Source: Schmidtea polychroa
Taxonomy: Eukaryota
DNA: 64,000 bases
Assembly (NCBI GenBank): GCA_044892525.1
Contig: CM097885.1
Coordinates: 41,418,001-41,482,000, forward strand
Direction: 5' to 3'
Every line of letters starts with the position of its first letter. The stretch's first letter is position 1. Below are positions 1 through 12,834 of the stretch, in pieces. The notes beneath the pieces are model-generated. The model was not told where the DNA came from and ran no database searches. It saw only the letters and a list, made by a program, of their open reading frames with translations. Position numbers and translations under genes: made by a program.

Positions 1-1410
1 TAGTTACCATACCAACAACCAGAAGTTGTACAGTTTTCAAGTGACTATAGTTTTCGTTACAAATAATGAAAATAAAAGGGTTTAAGTGGAAAACCATGAA
101 AGTCTAGAATATGATCATTATATGATATCGAATCACGATCAAATAAAAGAATAATAATCAAACTGTTCATGAACCTGCTCATTAAATCATTGAAATTTTA
201 TAATTATTAAAAATATATAAAACATGCAATAATAGAATAATAGCTTGCATCAAAGGTCATATATTAATAAAGAAAATAATTAAAATTAAATTAATTTAAT
301 AAAAAAATAATTAACATTAATAAAAATAAAACAAATTTAAATAAAAATAAATAAAAGTAATTACATATAATAAAGAATCTTTAAGTGATTATTAAGTCAA
401 CACCGATCTATATAAAAGTGAACTATTTATTATTTACTGTTTTTTAGTTAGTAGTAAAGGGTGGGTTTTATTATTAATTTAATTAATTCAATAAATTTAA
501 TAGATTTATTAAGTAATTTTTAAAAATAAATTTTTAGAAAAGTTCAAACATGGTGCCAGATTGGGACTTCGAGAATCACGAGCAATAAAATAAAAATTAT
601 GTTTTGTATAAAAGCTATAAAATCGTGATGAAAATTACATTAAGGCAATATAAGAATATTACACCACTTTGAATATGAAATTTCTTATGTAGTATTATTA
701 TGAAGTAAAACTTTAAAATCTTTTATTTTTATTTTATAAATTATTACACCAATTTCATTATAATTAAAAATAATTCTAAAAATACAGATTATTTTTTTGA
801 GCATTTAAAAATAGATAAATAAAAATAAATTTACTCTTAACGGGCGATAAAAATAAACAAATTTTAGATTTAATTTAAAGTTATTTTTATATTAATTTGC
901 ATAATTATATACATGTATATTACGAAACACATAAACATAGGCTCACGATGAAGTCAGCAAGTGTCACTTGGAGCTTTCATTTTCTATCGTTAAGCAAATC
1001 CAATCTCATCTTTGCTTTTGGACTGGTTTCGACATCTAGATAATTCGCTATAATTTGATCAACATTTAAGGTTATTTTTACCATTTTTTACTGTCATAAG
1101 TTCTATTTTCAAGTTCTACATGAATTTCTTGTTCTATCAGTTCTTGAAAGTGGTCATAAACAGGGGTTTCTTTACAAACCTACAATAACTCTTCAATAAA
1201 CATTTCATGTTTCTAATGTATCAATTAGGTCGACGTTTATTGATAATCTTTGGATATTTCCGAGCATGTCTCTCATAATCCATGATTTCTTATTAAATTC
1301 CCAAATTACAGGTAAACAAGACTTGAATTTTTTTATTGTTCATGGATCTCTGATTAAATCTTTCCACCACATTTAAAACATTTAATTGGGGATTTTATTG
1401 TTGATACGAT

Positions 1411-4400
1411 CAGAGGCGTAATTAAGGTAAGGCAAGCATGACACGTGACATGGCGCCAGCAGAAAGGGGGCGCAAAAAAGCGCCTAACGTATAAATACCC
1501 AAATGAAAATAAAAAAAAATGTTTTAATAGATATAAATATGTGTATTAAAAAACTGCGTAGGAAAAAGCACGTATTCGTTTTTTGTTTGTTTGTCCATGT
1601 TCTCAATGCCTCTAGCTCTCTTTCTCTCTACAAATGTTATTTTGTATTTGAAAAAAAGAAATGCAGAATAGTAGCGTGTGTTGTGTTCTGTGCTAAAGCC
1701 GTTCGGAATACGGGGAATCCCGGTTCGCGTAGCACGTGCATCGGAATTCTAACGTCAGTACGATAAACGAGAATCGGTCTCTTTGCAGTCTGTTGCTCAA
1801 TTCAAAAATCGTTCGCATTTGATTTTCGTTTATACATAGTTGATAGTTTTTCGATCGAATCGATCCTGAATAATATCTAAATTTTGTTTTAAACGACAAA
1901 TTTGTTGAGTGTTAAAGTTGCCAGTGTTTTTTTATAAATCTAAGATATATATATATATATAGTTAAAATTGGTTTTAAATTTAAATTATATTCTACTAAG
2001 AGGGAACATTAATAGAAATGTTAATTTCCTTACTATGAGGATATTGAAATGAAATTTGTAAATGATGTACTTCTTGAAGAATATCATATTTATTCATATG
2101 TTTATAAAATTTTATTTCGTGATTTTTTAAAAATGGCTGTTAATCAGTGTTCGTATTTAAAACAATATTATTTTCCACAAATTGCAAATTATTAATAATT
2201 GTTTTCTTTTCTTAAACTTTAGAAAATAGTACCTGAGAATTGAGAACTATGAAACGTTCATTTGAGAAGAAGAAAGAAAGTGGAGCTGTAAGTCAAAAAT
2301 GACGCTTGTCAGAGGCAAAAAAAGTAGAAAAAAGCAGCAAAATTTTTAATACGTTTTTTAAAAAATCAAGCACAAACATGATTTCTTCAGAATGTCCTAA
2401 AAATTCTGCAAATTCTTAAGAATTGGAAGATGCTAGGCCAAGTTAAACCGAGAAAGAATTTGATACGACATCTAATGATGCAGAGAAGATAACTGAAAAT
2501 ATTTTGACAGTCTTCAGAGAATTCTAATTCTAGAAAGTATGCTACTTATGAAAAATTAAAAGATGGGTCTGACAAAGACGTTGACGTAAATAAAAACTTG
2601 ATGTCCAAAGACGCAGAAAATATAAAAAATCCCATATCTAGAGCGATTGAAGAACACGACATCGGTCTTCTTAAGTTTAATGAAGAATCCGGAAAGGCAA
2701 TTGTAACTGATGCGTTGAGAATAGAAATAATAAATCTCGGTTCTAAGTATTTTCAAAACAGCGAGGGTCCTTTTTTACCCATTAACAATCGTTCTATGAA
2801 CAAAACTTGATTAAAAAAAAATTAGGTGAGTGATGAGCTCATGGTTAGTTTATTACCCGTCCAAAAAGTCTGCCTTTTGTATTTGCTGTCTTCTTTTTTT
2901 CTTGATTCGATAACTAATCTAGTTTGGAGCAAGAAAGCGGATTTAAGCAATGGAAAGCACTTGAGAGAATGAGTGCTCATGAAAATTCAAAAAAATCATC
3001 GACAATGCTTTACTCAGTGGAAAGAAATGGATAGAAATTTACTTGATAACAGAGGCATAATTGATGCAGAACTTCAAGAGCAAATTCAAATTGAAAGTCA
3101 GAAGTTGTGTGATATTTTGAAAAGAGTTTTACACTGCATCAAATACCTTGCGATACAAAACCTGGTTTTGTGAGGCTACAGAGAGTCACTTCAGTCAGGT
3201 TTTAATACAGGAAATTTACTTGGTTTGTTGAAACTAATTTCTAATTTTGACCCTGTCGTAAAAGAAAACATAAGATTTGTGGAGAGCCATCCTGGATCCA
3301 CTTCATATCTTTCACCGAAAATACAGAACGAGGATATTCACATCATGACATCTACTGTTTGTGATAGTTTGCTAGAAAGAATACGAAAAGCAAAGTATTA
3401 TGGACTAATGTTTGACTTGACTCATGATCAAGCTCATCGTGAACAAATGTCTGAGGTAGTAAGATATTTTGATATAAATTTTGAGAAAAAAACTGTTCAG
3501 ACTAAAGAATCATTTCTGTTTTATACCAATAAGCGGTAAGGACGCTGCAAGCTTGGTTCAAGAAATATTGAAGCAGTTAGAGAAAAACAATATGAATTTA
3601 CAAGATTGTAGGTCACAGTACTATGATAATGCTGCTGTTATGGCTGGACACGAGACTGGTGTTCATCAAAGAATCAAGAAAAAACCAACATGGCAATATT
3701 TGTGAATTGTGATAATCATTCTCTCAATTTGATAGGCGTCCATGCAGCCAAAGAAGAAGTAATCATGGACTTCTTTTGGAACCATCGATACACTTTATGT
3801 TTTCTTCTCTCGTTCAACCCAGCGTTGGGAAAAGCTCAAAGTTGTTGTACCTGTGGCTTTAAAATCTGACTACGATACCAGGTGGAGCGCAAAAACGGAA
3901 TATGTAAAACATGTTAACAGATATCTCGAGCAAATAGTGGAAGTTCTCTAGAACATAATGGACGATGAAAGCGAGACTAGTGAAACTAAAAGCGACGCAA
4001 AGCAACCCTATAATCGAATATTAACATATGACTTTCTAACGTTGCTAGGGTTTTGAAACAAGATATTAATTTGTATTAACCGCGTTCAAAAGAGGTTGCA
4101 GGACTCTAAAATAAACTTTCATGAAGCAGCTTTAGATTTAAAAGCTCTCCAAAATTATTTGCATGATGAATGAGAAGTATTAGTTAGTGACTCACTGAAA
4201 GAAGGAATTCGAATTTGCAGTGAATGGGACATTGAATTTAAAAGACGACACAGAAGAAAGCAAAGATGGATGGCGAAACATCAAGAGATGCTGGTTTATC
4301 AGCTAAAGTTGAAATGGAAAGAGTTATGAAAGAGACTGTCTATTCAATGAATTAAAAGGTAGAAGCGTTCGTTTGCAAGAAATTGATGAAAAATTTGGAA

Positions 4401-5004
4401 TTTTTTATGACATGGAAGGGTTGTGTTTTAAAGCCTAAACAAGCTACTTGAAAGAGGTTGTGAAAAGTTTGTAGAAGCCTACAGTTGTGATATGGATGGG
4501 CAAGAATTATATGAAGAAAATTTGAATTTTAGAACGCTGCTAACAAGCCGTACTGAAAAAATATCAAGCCCCGAACAATTACTTAATTTTATAGTTCAGT
4601 CTGGAGATGAAAACGTTTTTCCCAATATGCGTATAGCGTTGCAAATATTGCTGACAATCGGGGTTTCTATTGCCAGTTGAGAAAGATCATTTAGCAAATT
4701 AAAATTGATACTTTTACATTTGAGAGCCTCGATAGGCCAAAGTCGATTATGTGATCTTGCTTTACTTAGCATAGAACGAGAAATGACCGAAGAAATTGAC
4801 TTTGATAATATAATTAAACAATTTGTGTCAGCTAAAGCAAGAAAGATAAATTTGTAATAAAGTGTTAATAGATTTAACTTGTGTGCTTTTTTTACCCAAC
4901 TCTAAAGTAGTTTTTTAGAAAATAAAACGTAAGTAACCTATCGTCGGAGAGGGGCGCAAGATCGGTGTTTGCCATAGGCGCCATTTACCCTAGATACGCC
5001 ACTG
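1411..5004 (+). mobile_element. Full-length decayed hAT DNA transposon (ZMYM1-like / DUF4371-type transposase)
   Basis: TIRs CAGAGGCGTAATTAAGGTAA and revcomp CAGTGGCGTATCTAGGGTAA; degenerate 8-bp TSD gatacgat/aatatgat (6/8); internal transposase relic. Confidence 0.92.
2249..4857 (+). pseudogene. hAT transposase pseudogene
   Basis: Starts MKRSFEKKKESGA; motifs YLSPKIQNE, YYGLMFD, DCRSQYYDNAAVMAG, DTRWS, FPN..IALQILLTI..SIAS*ERSFSKLKLI...RL.DLALLSIE (hAT dimerisation domain); many stops and frameshifts. Confidence 0.92.
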
Positions 5005-5176
5005 AATATGATAATTTGTCACATTTACAATATTTTCTTGTATTCTCTCATTATAGCTGATGTTGATCTTATTTTTGCCCGTTGTTTCTTCGGTACTTCG
5101 ACATTTTACCCTCATTTGATTCAAAATTATATCTGTTATCGTCATTTCGGTTATATTCTATGTAATGGATCCTCAG

Positions 5177-5841
5177 CAGTGGCGGATCAATAGAAGGGCG
5201 ATAAGGGCTCTCGCCCCTCCCTTATATTATTTGGAAAGAAATTTCTTTAGCGATTTTTACTTGGCTTTTGCAGCCCTCTATAAAGAAAGTATGGAATGTC
5301 AACAAAATGGTTCAAATTTTCAAATGTAGATATACACTGTTGTAAATTATATTTTGAAGTAATTTATAATTATTGAAATTCGAAATACATTCATTTGATG
5401 AAGACTAGAGAGTTTAGTCTTTAGACTAGTTTGAGTAAAGTTTGAGTATCATTCTTCTACTGTCTTAATCTATGTAATGTAACTATAAAATGACGTCATA
5501 TATTGATATCCCAACAGCCCAATTTAATATACACACCGCACAACTTTATTAAAATTCATATTACTCAAAAGACCTAATTTACTTCCGTTTTCAAACACTA
5601 TGCTGTGTTAGTTAAAAATATAATAAATTGTAAATACAAATAACTTTTAAAATTAAAATTTTTGAAGTAAATGTGTATTATTAAATTAATATCAGTTCAT
5701 AATAAAAATATTATAAATTGTTGCTATAATCAATAATGAGTCTCAAAGAAAAAAAGTAAACAATTTTTACGATTTGTGGGCTTGCCTGCAGCTGCCAATA
5801 AAAATCACTCCCCCATATTAGATGGTCTGCATCCGCCTCTG
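5177..5841. mobile_element. Non-autonomous hAT MITE
   Basis: TIR CAGTGGCGGAT and revcomp CAGAGGCGGAT; 8-bp TSD atcctcag/ctcctcag (7/8). Confidence 0.88.
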
Positions 5842-6603
5842 CTCCTCAGACTATTGTTCTTTTCTGGTGATTGATTTCGAATTCGGAATCATTCTTTTTC
5901 TATTTTCCACATAATTTTAATATAACTGTTTCATCTCCTCCAATGGAATATTATCGTCTTTATCATTTGACTCCGATTTCTCTATATTAATCTCTAATTC
6001 TACTGCATCAATTGCTGAATTAAATCGATTCTTATAGCTTTCTGTTCTAATTCGTTTAAATCTTCATAATCGCCCATTATTAATGCTTTATATAAATATA
6101 GTTGAATTCCATTTCAAAATTTGTGTTCTATTAATTTTCCTGTATGTTCCCGTACTACTAAAGCCATTCGAGCTGATTCGGTTAAGTTTTAGGTAGTTAG
6201 GAGCTCCCTGGCCCCCGCTACAGTAATTTTTTCTGCTTTTTGATTACATAATTGCTGCAGAGGGCTCCAAACTACATACTATAATCGCCACTTGTTTCTC
6301 TAGTACCTTGGTATCTATTTCTAAATTTTTGTACATTAATTTTCAGTATATCTCATTCAATTACTATTTCTCCTCTCAGATTTTCTTCTGACTCATCTAC
6401 CTTTGCATTATAAATTTTTATAAGCTTGTAAAGCATAATCTTTTATATATAAGGGTATTCTTATTTTAAACTCATCTTGTGCTAATCCGCAAGCTTCTAC
6501 ACACTGGGCAGGGTTCACAGAATTTCAAATCACTGATATTATTATTGTTTTGATTGACAATTAGCATTTTCACTTACACAGTTTTTTTATCATTTTATTT
6601 CAA

Positions 6604-7225
6604 TTATTTCAATACCCCTTGTTTACGTCTAAGATACATCAGAAGAATTTCTTTGTAATTAATCGCATCACACGCTTTATTTGTACAAAACCATTGTTTG
6701 TTAAACCATTTAACGTGTCCAATAACTTGAGATTGATCCATGATTGAATTTGAAACATTGGATAATTGTTCAACACTGGCTATTAAACATTTGAATTGTG
6801 TTGATCCTTGTAAGAGCTCGATTAAATAGAATATCATATTCATAAATTAGCAAGTTTATCTTTTTATCACTCATGTCATAAATGGTTTCAGATAATTTAC
6901 GAATATATTTAAATTTTTGGGGAAATTTCATAAACATATCTTGGAGTTCCTCTTCTTTCATTTCATTATTTACAGAACTTAAATCGTTGATTTCCAATCG
7001 TTTTGATAAACTTTGAAAAATTGAATTAATGTCAGTTAGAAATTTTGAAATATAAACGAATTCATAAAAATCTTGATTATCTATGACATTTACATTACTT
7101 CCATTAATAATTTTCAACGATTTTGTTGAGCCACGATCACATGGACGAGTTTCACTGCTGAAAAGACATCTCTTCGCTATATTGCTCATTGAAATACGAC
7201 ATATCAAACATTCATTATCTTCCAT
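6604..7225 (-). pseudogene. Orphan ORF (copy 1), frameshifted paralogue of 27683-28201
   Basis: Track ORFs 6770..7225 and 6604..6843 encode the two halves of the copy-2 protein. Near 6778 it reads tagccagtgtt versus tagccgaagtgtt in copy 2, a 2-nt loss that could also be an assembly error. Confidence 0.65.
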
Positions 7226-8222
7226 ATTTCACTAAGGCCGAAAATTCAAAAACAACCCGAATTACCAAAATTATAAATCAATTCTAAAAAACTTCCAGAA
7301 TTCTAATCACCCTCATCAATATTACTCAATTAATAATCAAAAGATCTTATTAATTTTAACTAGAATATTTTATACTGTTAATATTGTGTTATTAAGATCT
7401 TGCTTTTATATTATAAATATAAATGGATTTTATAGTCAAAAATAAAAAAAATTAGGCCTTAAACGGCAATTAGTAATAAATATTGTAATTTATACTTGAT
7501 GGGGTTAAAGCGGATTTTATTGCTAATTTCAATTATGATGTAATCATCAAAATATACAAGATGAATCAAAATAAATTAACATACCAATAAAATAATCACT
7601 GAATTATCATGGGAATTAAAATGAATTTATTAAATTCATATATTGTCATAATATAATCATATATTCTAATTGGTCATTGTCGAAGTCTCATATTTCATTA
7701 TCAAGCCTAAAATCATTCTTTGTTTTTCACATAGATGTTTTTTTTGTAATTCCATACCATATTTTAATTTCATAACCTTTAATACTCGCCCATCTTCTAA
7801 ATCAGTAATATATCGATGTTTGTTGATACTCACGAATTTTCGACACTGCCTTTTTCAAGTGAATATGATCATTATTACATTAAATAATTATTGATAATAA
7901 ATTTGTTTCGTATTTTATAATAAATTATTTATAATAAATAACAATAATCTTAAATTAAATAATCTAACAACATCACAATCTAATAAATTAAAAAAACGTT
8001 TAATACATAATTAATTTATTAATTTCAATATTAAACTGATTTTTTAAATCCGATATTGCAATTATGGACAAAAATAATGTGCAATGATCCTGAGAATCAA
8101 AAAGAAATTGAGATCAGTATAAAATTGTCCTGAACCTCAAAAATATTTAAAAAAATATAATATTAGTTAACTATTAAATAATATGAAAATAATTCATAAT
8201 AATTGTATTACAATACAGATAT

Positions 8223-9083
8223 TTAATAATAATATTTTCTTTCTGCAGAGTAATCTACAACTGGTCTACCAGTTTTCACAAAGCTAGTTCTAGGATAAGT
8301 CAAAAACTTTTTGGTATAGACTTCGTCCGCAATCTTATTTGAGAAAGATTTTGAAACGTATTTCCATTCCTTCTTTGGAACTTGACACTTTTCTTCGGAT
8401 GATGGGAATTTTAACTAAATAGACAATTATAAACTATTTAAATTAGATATATTATTTACGATTTTAATTTCACTGTATTTAAGATAGGCCTCTTGGATTG
8501 GTTCTGCTTCGTCTGTCAAACATTTTACATTTTGCAAAAGCAAAAACTTATCAAAAGTGACTGTGATTAATTTGCCAGAGTAGTACATTCGATCCTGGGT
8601 CATAATTTCGACTTTCGGTTTCAATTTTGAGGTTTTGACTAAAGTTTGTAACATATCAATTATGATTACTGGAGCAACTCCATCCAAAACTTGAATCTTA
8701 ATGGAAAGTTAATTAAATTTATTAAATTTTTAAGATCTCACAGATTGGAGAGTAAGAATGTGGATGACTTGTTGATGATATTTAGGATTTACGAATTGAA
8801 CTCCGTTGATATTGAGTAGATTCATCATAAAGTTTCCTTCGTGATCTACTTCAACACATGAAGCATAAGAAGTGAAGCCTTTATTATCTGTATACTTAAC
8901 CAATGGTTTTCGTTCTTTCAATAAAGCACAGAGAATTTTATTTTTTTTCCAATTTTCAACAAAACGATAATTTTCACAGACAAAAAACTTATCTTTCAGA
9001 TTGAGCTTCTCCAACAATTGTTTGAGTAAATTATCTTTGAATATCTGAATAGTTATTCTTCTTTGACGATATAAATCACACAT
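8223..9083 (-). CDS. Intact 3-exon gene (9083-8742, 8696-8460, 8414-8223), 256 aa, divergent Sm/LSm-like protein, possibly two tandem Sm folds
   Basis: Track ORFs 8730..9083 and 8427..8687 join via a 45-nt intron (gtgaga...ttaag, 8741-8697). A second 45-nt intron (gtaaat...tttag, 8459-8415) adds a 63-aa open exon ending in TAA. Both introns are phase 0. KVEIMTQDRMYYSGKLITVTFDKFLLLQNV...EAYLKYSEIKILKFP resembles the Sm1/Sm2 motifs of SmD3/LSm10 (by eye). Confidence 0.8.
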
Positions 9084-9531
9084 TTTTTATTTTTGTATAA
9101 TTTTTATTTTCCCTTAAAGAAACAAATATTTGGAGATTTTTAAAAATTTTACGCGATATTTTCGTAAAAAATTTGAAATAATTAATTTTTAAAATCTATT
9201 TATTAACACTGATAGCATATAAAATATTTTGTTTAATTGATACAGTTGTTTTTTGTTTTAAATACTATTTTTTATTAATGATGTTTATTTAATTAAAAAC
9301 TTTAACGAAAATAAAAGTTTTTAAAATACCAATAACTGATTTTGATACGCAAATTAAATATTACAATTATTAATATTAATTCCCAAAATTCTCTTTTTAA
9401 ATTAATTCGTTTTATTCCAGTTATATTTTTATGAAAATGCCTAGATTTTTATTATTTACTTCATTTAAGGAGTTTCTAGAAGTCTTCTTGAAAAGTGTCC
9501 GATGTGAACGAATGATATCATCCCTTATACT

Positions 9532-10001
9532 CAGCGCCGTCTCTTCCATTGTGCTAACTGTGCTAAGCACAGAGGGCGCCGTGAGTGAAGGGGCGCCGTA
9601 AATTTTATAAAAGCCATAAATTTGATAAAATTGAAAAAAAAATTGAAAAATTATAAACAAAACAAAATTAAAGAAAATCGTAAAAAAATTAGTTTAATAT
9701 ATAAATTAAAATTTTAAATATATGCAAAAATAATTATTATTTTTTGACATTTTTGTTTATAAGTTTTAAAACTTTAAAAAATTGAGAAGAAAATTTTGTA
9801 ATAATCTAGTTATCCACATTTACGAATTAATTTTGAAATAAAAGGTGAAAAGAATATATTTTTTTATTACAATTTATAACTTAATATATGTATATGCAAT
9901 AATGTGTAATATTATTAATAAACATAATATATTTTTGTAAAAATTGTTTTTTTAGGGGCGCATTATAGCACAGGGGCGACAAATTTCTAAAGACGCTGTT
10001 G
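9532..10001. mobile_element. Non-autonomous hAT MITE
   Basis: Perfect 8-bp TSD cttatact (9524-9531, 10002-10009); imperfect TIRs CAGCGCCGTCT / CAACAGCGTCT; GC-rich subterminal ggggcg motifs. Confidence 0.85.
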
Positions 10002-10360
10002 CTTATACTCCAAACTCTTAAAGTTATATTTTTTGAGTGACGATTTGATTACACTGGGATAAATATGTTTAACGCATTCCTTCGAAATATTGAAAACGTT
10101 CTTTCAATTTGAAAATTTAATATATTTAAATTGTTGAAATTTAGTGAAAAATTATCGAAACTGCTAATGTTGAATAACAATATATCTGAAGTTTTCATAA
10201 GTTAAAGTTTTCGGTTCTTTAGTCTGTTGACGTCGGTAAATTAAAATAAATTTAAATGAAATTTAGGTTGAATAAAAAGTAAGTGAAGAAAAAAGACAAA
10301 TAAAAGCATGATCATGCACAGAATTGATAGTAAAGGAAAGTACGATGGAAGCAGTATTAG

Positions 10361-11674
10361 TGTTGGGTTTTATGATATCAAAATCAACCGTTGGTTACTC
10401 TGACTCCACGTGTTCCAAAATCAATAAACACAAACTCCCAACGTATATTTGTTTTTTATTTGCCTGTTTTACGACCCTTTCTAAACATCTTCTAACAATT
10501 TCTTGCTCACTGTCTTCCTCACCATCCCCTAATCTACCCCTCTCCCGTTTTCCAGCTTCAATTTCGATAACTTTTCACTTTATTCCACTTCCCCAGGTTT
10601 GCGCATTTTTCCATTTCATGTCTGATTGTACCCTTTTATAGTTCTGCTTTTATCATATCTTTCTTTGCCATTGCTTCTCTGATTGACCACCATTCAATTT
10701 CGGGTTTTCCTTTTAATCTGAACTATATAATTTAATAATTTACTTTTAAAACCTCAACATTAGGAAATGACAAAAGCAGTTAGGAAAGGCAAGAATCCGG
10801 AAATCTGAGAAAAATCAATAAATTGTAAAATCATCGAAATCGAATTGGGAAATCGGGACAGGTATAGATTAGCTAATGGTCAACAAGATGATGATTAGGG
10901 ATTTATCAGAAAATGGCTAGAAAGGGTTGAAAAGCGTTCAAATGTGTTAAAACAGAAAACGTTAATTATTAATTAATTGGATAATAGAATAGTGGGAAAC
11001 CCGAGCCAATGGAGAACCCGGGAGATGAAGGAAACCCGAACTGAATAAACAAAGAGAAAAGTAAATAGAAGGAAGATTAGCGTGACCCATTAGCGTGACA
11101 CAATGATTAATTAGAAAAGAACAAGGAGAAGATAGTGCGTGCAGAAAGGCCGGACGGGCCATTAATTATCTTTATTCGTTGGACCATTATGGGGGACAGC
11201 CGAAGCAGATATTTGGAAGCGAATGTCAAGTGAGAGATTGGCTCGGCAATAACTATTTGTCATCCCGATTTCGAAGAGTATATATAAGGAATGGGAAAAT
11301 CAGAGGAAATCGGCATTTTGCCTCAGTTAGGGTAAGAAGAAATGAGAGTAGGCGAAAGGTAAAAACGAATTCAAGAGATTAGGGAAAAAGAAGATATAGA
11401 ATAGGAAAACGAAAAGGTGAAAAAGGATCAAATCAAAGAGAAAAGGAAAACGTCGGTCAAGAGAACCTAAGGAAATAAAAGGTGAATATTATCTTTTGTC
11501 AAAGCATCAACGCCGAGCGGAGAATCGGTCAAATTTATCTTTGATTATTGATTATTTATTGTTGAGAGAAGAATATATATTTGTGATACAAATATACGTT
11601 GGGTAGTTCATTGTTTTCATTAAAAGGACACGAGGAGTCAGAGGTTACCAACTTAAATTAAATAAAACCCCACA
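10361..11674. mobile_element. TG...CA-bounded element with ~90-bp imperfect terminal inverted repeats (LTR-like or Ginger-like; unclassified)
   Basis: Left TGTTGGGTTTTAT...GTTGGTTACTCTGACTCCACGTGT...CCCAACGTATATTTG; right end revcomp TGTGGGGTTTTAT...GTTGGTAACCTCTGACTCCTCGTGT...CCCAACGTATATTTG. Higher GC than flanks; no TSD seen. Confidence 0.7.
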
Positions 11675-11683
11675 AGTCTATAT

Positions 11684-11807
11684 CAGGAGTAGTCAAGTGC
11701 GGCTCTTTGATGAGCTGTGTGGCTCCCGTTGAGATCTGTTGTGGCTCTTTGTGATACATGGAAAACCTGTATTTGGTTCTCGAGGACATCATGCGTGCCC
11801 ACCTCTA
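11684..11807. mobile_element. Very short hAT (Charlie-type) MITE
   Basis: Ends caggagtagtcaa and revcomp tagaggtgggcac; TSD gtctatat/gtctatac (7/8, NTCTA-type); internal ggctc repeats. Confidence 0.6.
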
Positions 11808-12229
11808 GTCTATACATATTCTTTTTAAAACGTTATTGAAAAAAATTTACTTCAATTTGTTTTATTTCAAGATTAAATTTTTAACATTATTTGAATATAC
11901 TATGAATAGATCTCATTAGAGGCTTGATTAAAACAAAACAGAAACTGCATTCTGAGAACAATATGACAGATCTTCAGTAAATACTAAATCCACAAAGACA
12001 TTTTTGGTACAATATTTACGCGAAAAAACAATTAGCTTACCAAAGAATACTATCAAAGCTTGGCTTCTACATGGAGTATCGTAACGTCAGTTGATTATTC
12101 AAACTATTTTCTCATTTTGTCAATTCAATTAAACAGTTTATTTTTCAATTTCAACAATTTACAAAATAAATGTCGAAATTTCATTAATGAAAACCTACAT
12201 TCAGAAAAATTTGAGAAAGGTTAATTAGT

Positions 12230-12700
12230 GATGAGTATATGGCAACTCTACAACATAATTTATCATGTTTCTTGAGACATAAGATAAGATTTTCTTCGTA
12301 AATCATCACATCCGCTAGTAAGTCTGTGATGCTTACCTTAATTTAGATCTAACTCCATTTTTTTATTTTTGAGAATGCATCCTCAATTGGATGAAGTATA
12401 TATGAATACAAGGAAAGATACGCAAAACGGTATCCAAATTCTGTTGTTATTCTTTCAAAAAGTATAAACAATATAGCATTTAGTATATAGAAAACGTATC
12501 ATAAATAAATATATAGCTCGCTAAAGAATTGCGAGAAAATTGCGCCTTTGACATTTTATTTTGCAATTTTTTTCCAATATGCTTCCAATAAATGAAACTA
12601 ATCCTCCTCTAACAGTAGGAACTCCTTCAATTGCAGTAGTTCCCTTTCGTGATTTTGCAAATGATCGCTTAAATGCGAATTTAAAGAAAAACATCGATGA
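12230..12700 (-). pseudogene. IS630/Tc1-like (DDE_3-type) transposase fragment
   Basis: FAKSRKGTTAIEGVPTVRGGLVSFIGSI, then in another frame GYRFAYLSLYSYILHPIEDAFSKIKNGVR (degenerate YLPPYSPxLNPIExxFSxxK). Confidence 0.65.
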
Positions 12701-12834
12701 ATATTGCATTGAGGAAATAATTTTAAAAGTAATTATTAAAACACAATGAATATTCTTTTTGCTGCCGAATATAGTCTGGTGCATTAACCCCATCAAGTAC
12801 TAAATGGGATAACCTCATAATTATCCTAAAATCT

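Larger units (their letters stand above)
940..6545 (-). mobile_element. Decayed Gypsy-like LTR-retrotransposon gag-protease remnant, interrupted by the hAT (1411-5004) and a MITE (5177-5841)
   Basis: Minus-strand fragments: EACGLAQDEFKIRIPLYIKDYALQAYKNL (~6500-6420, gag-like), degenerate zinc knuckle IKCFKCGG..LIRD (~1385-1345), KMKAPSDT (~985-960, possibly a degenerate protease DTG). Many stops; boundaries approximate. Confidence 0.55.

Noticed and set aside
538..593. Possible terminal exon of an upstream plus-strand gene (ttttag|AAAAGTTCAAAC...)
   Set aside because: Too short, the reading frame is ambiguous, and no partner exon can be confirmed within the window.
7011..7098. Segment missing from orphan copy 2 looks like an intron (GTAATG...CTAAC...CAAAG), suggesting copy 2 is a processed retrocopy
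   Set aside because: The GT-AG intron would be 88 nt and would shift the frame. Copy 2 lacks exactly 87 nt between AAGT microhomologies, which fits an in-frame deletion rather than precise intron loss.
10324..11382. Track ORFs 10324..10641, 10962..11162 and 11179..11382
   Set aside because: They arise from purine/pyrimidine skew within the TG...CA element and have no recognisable motifs or splice support.
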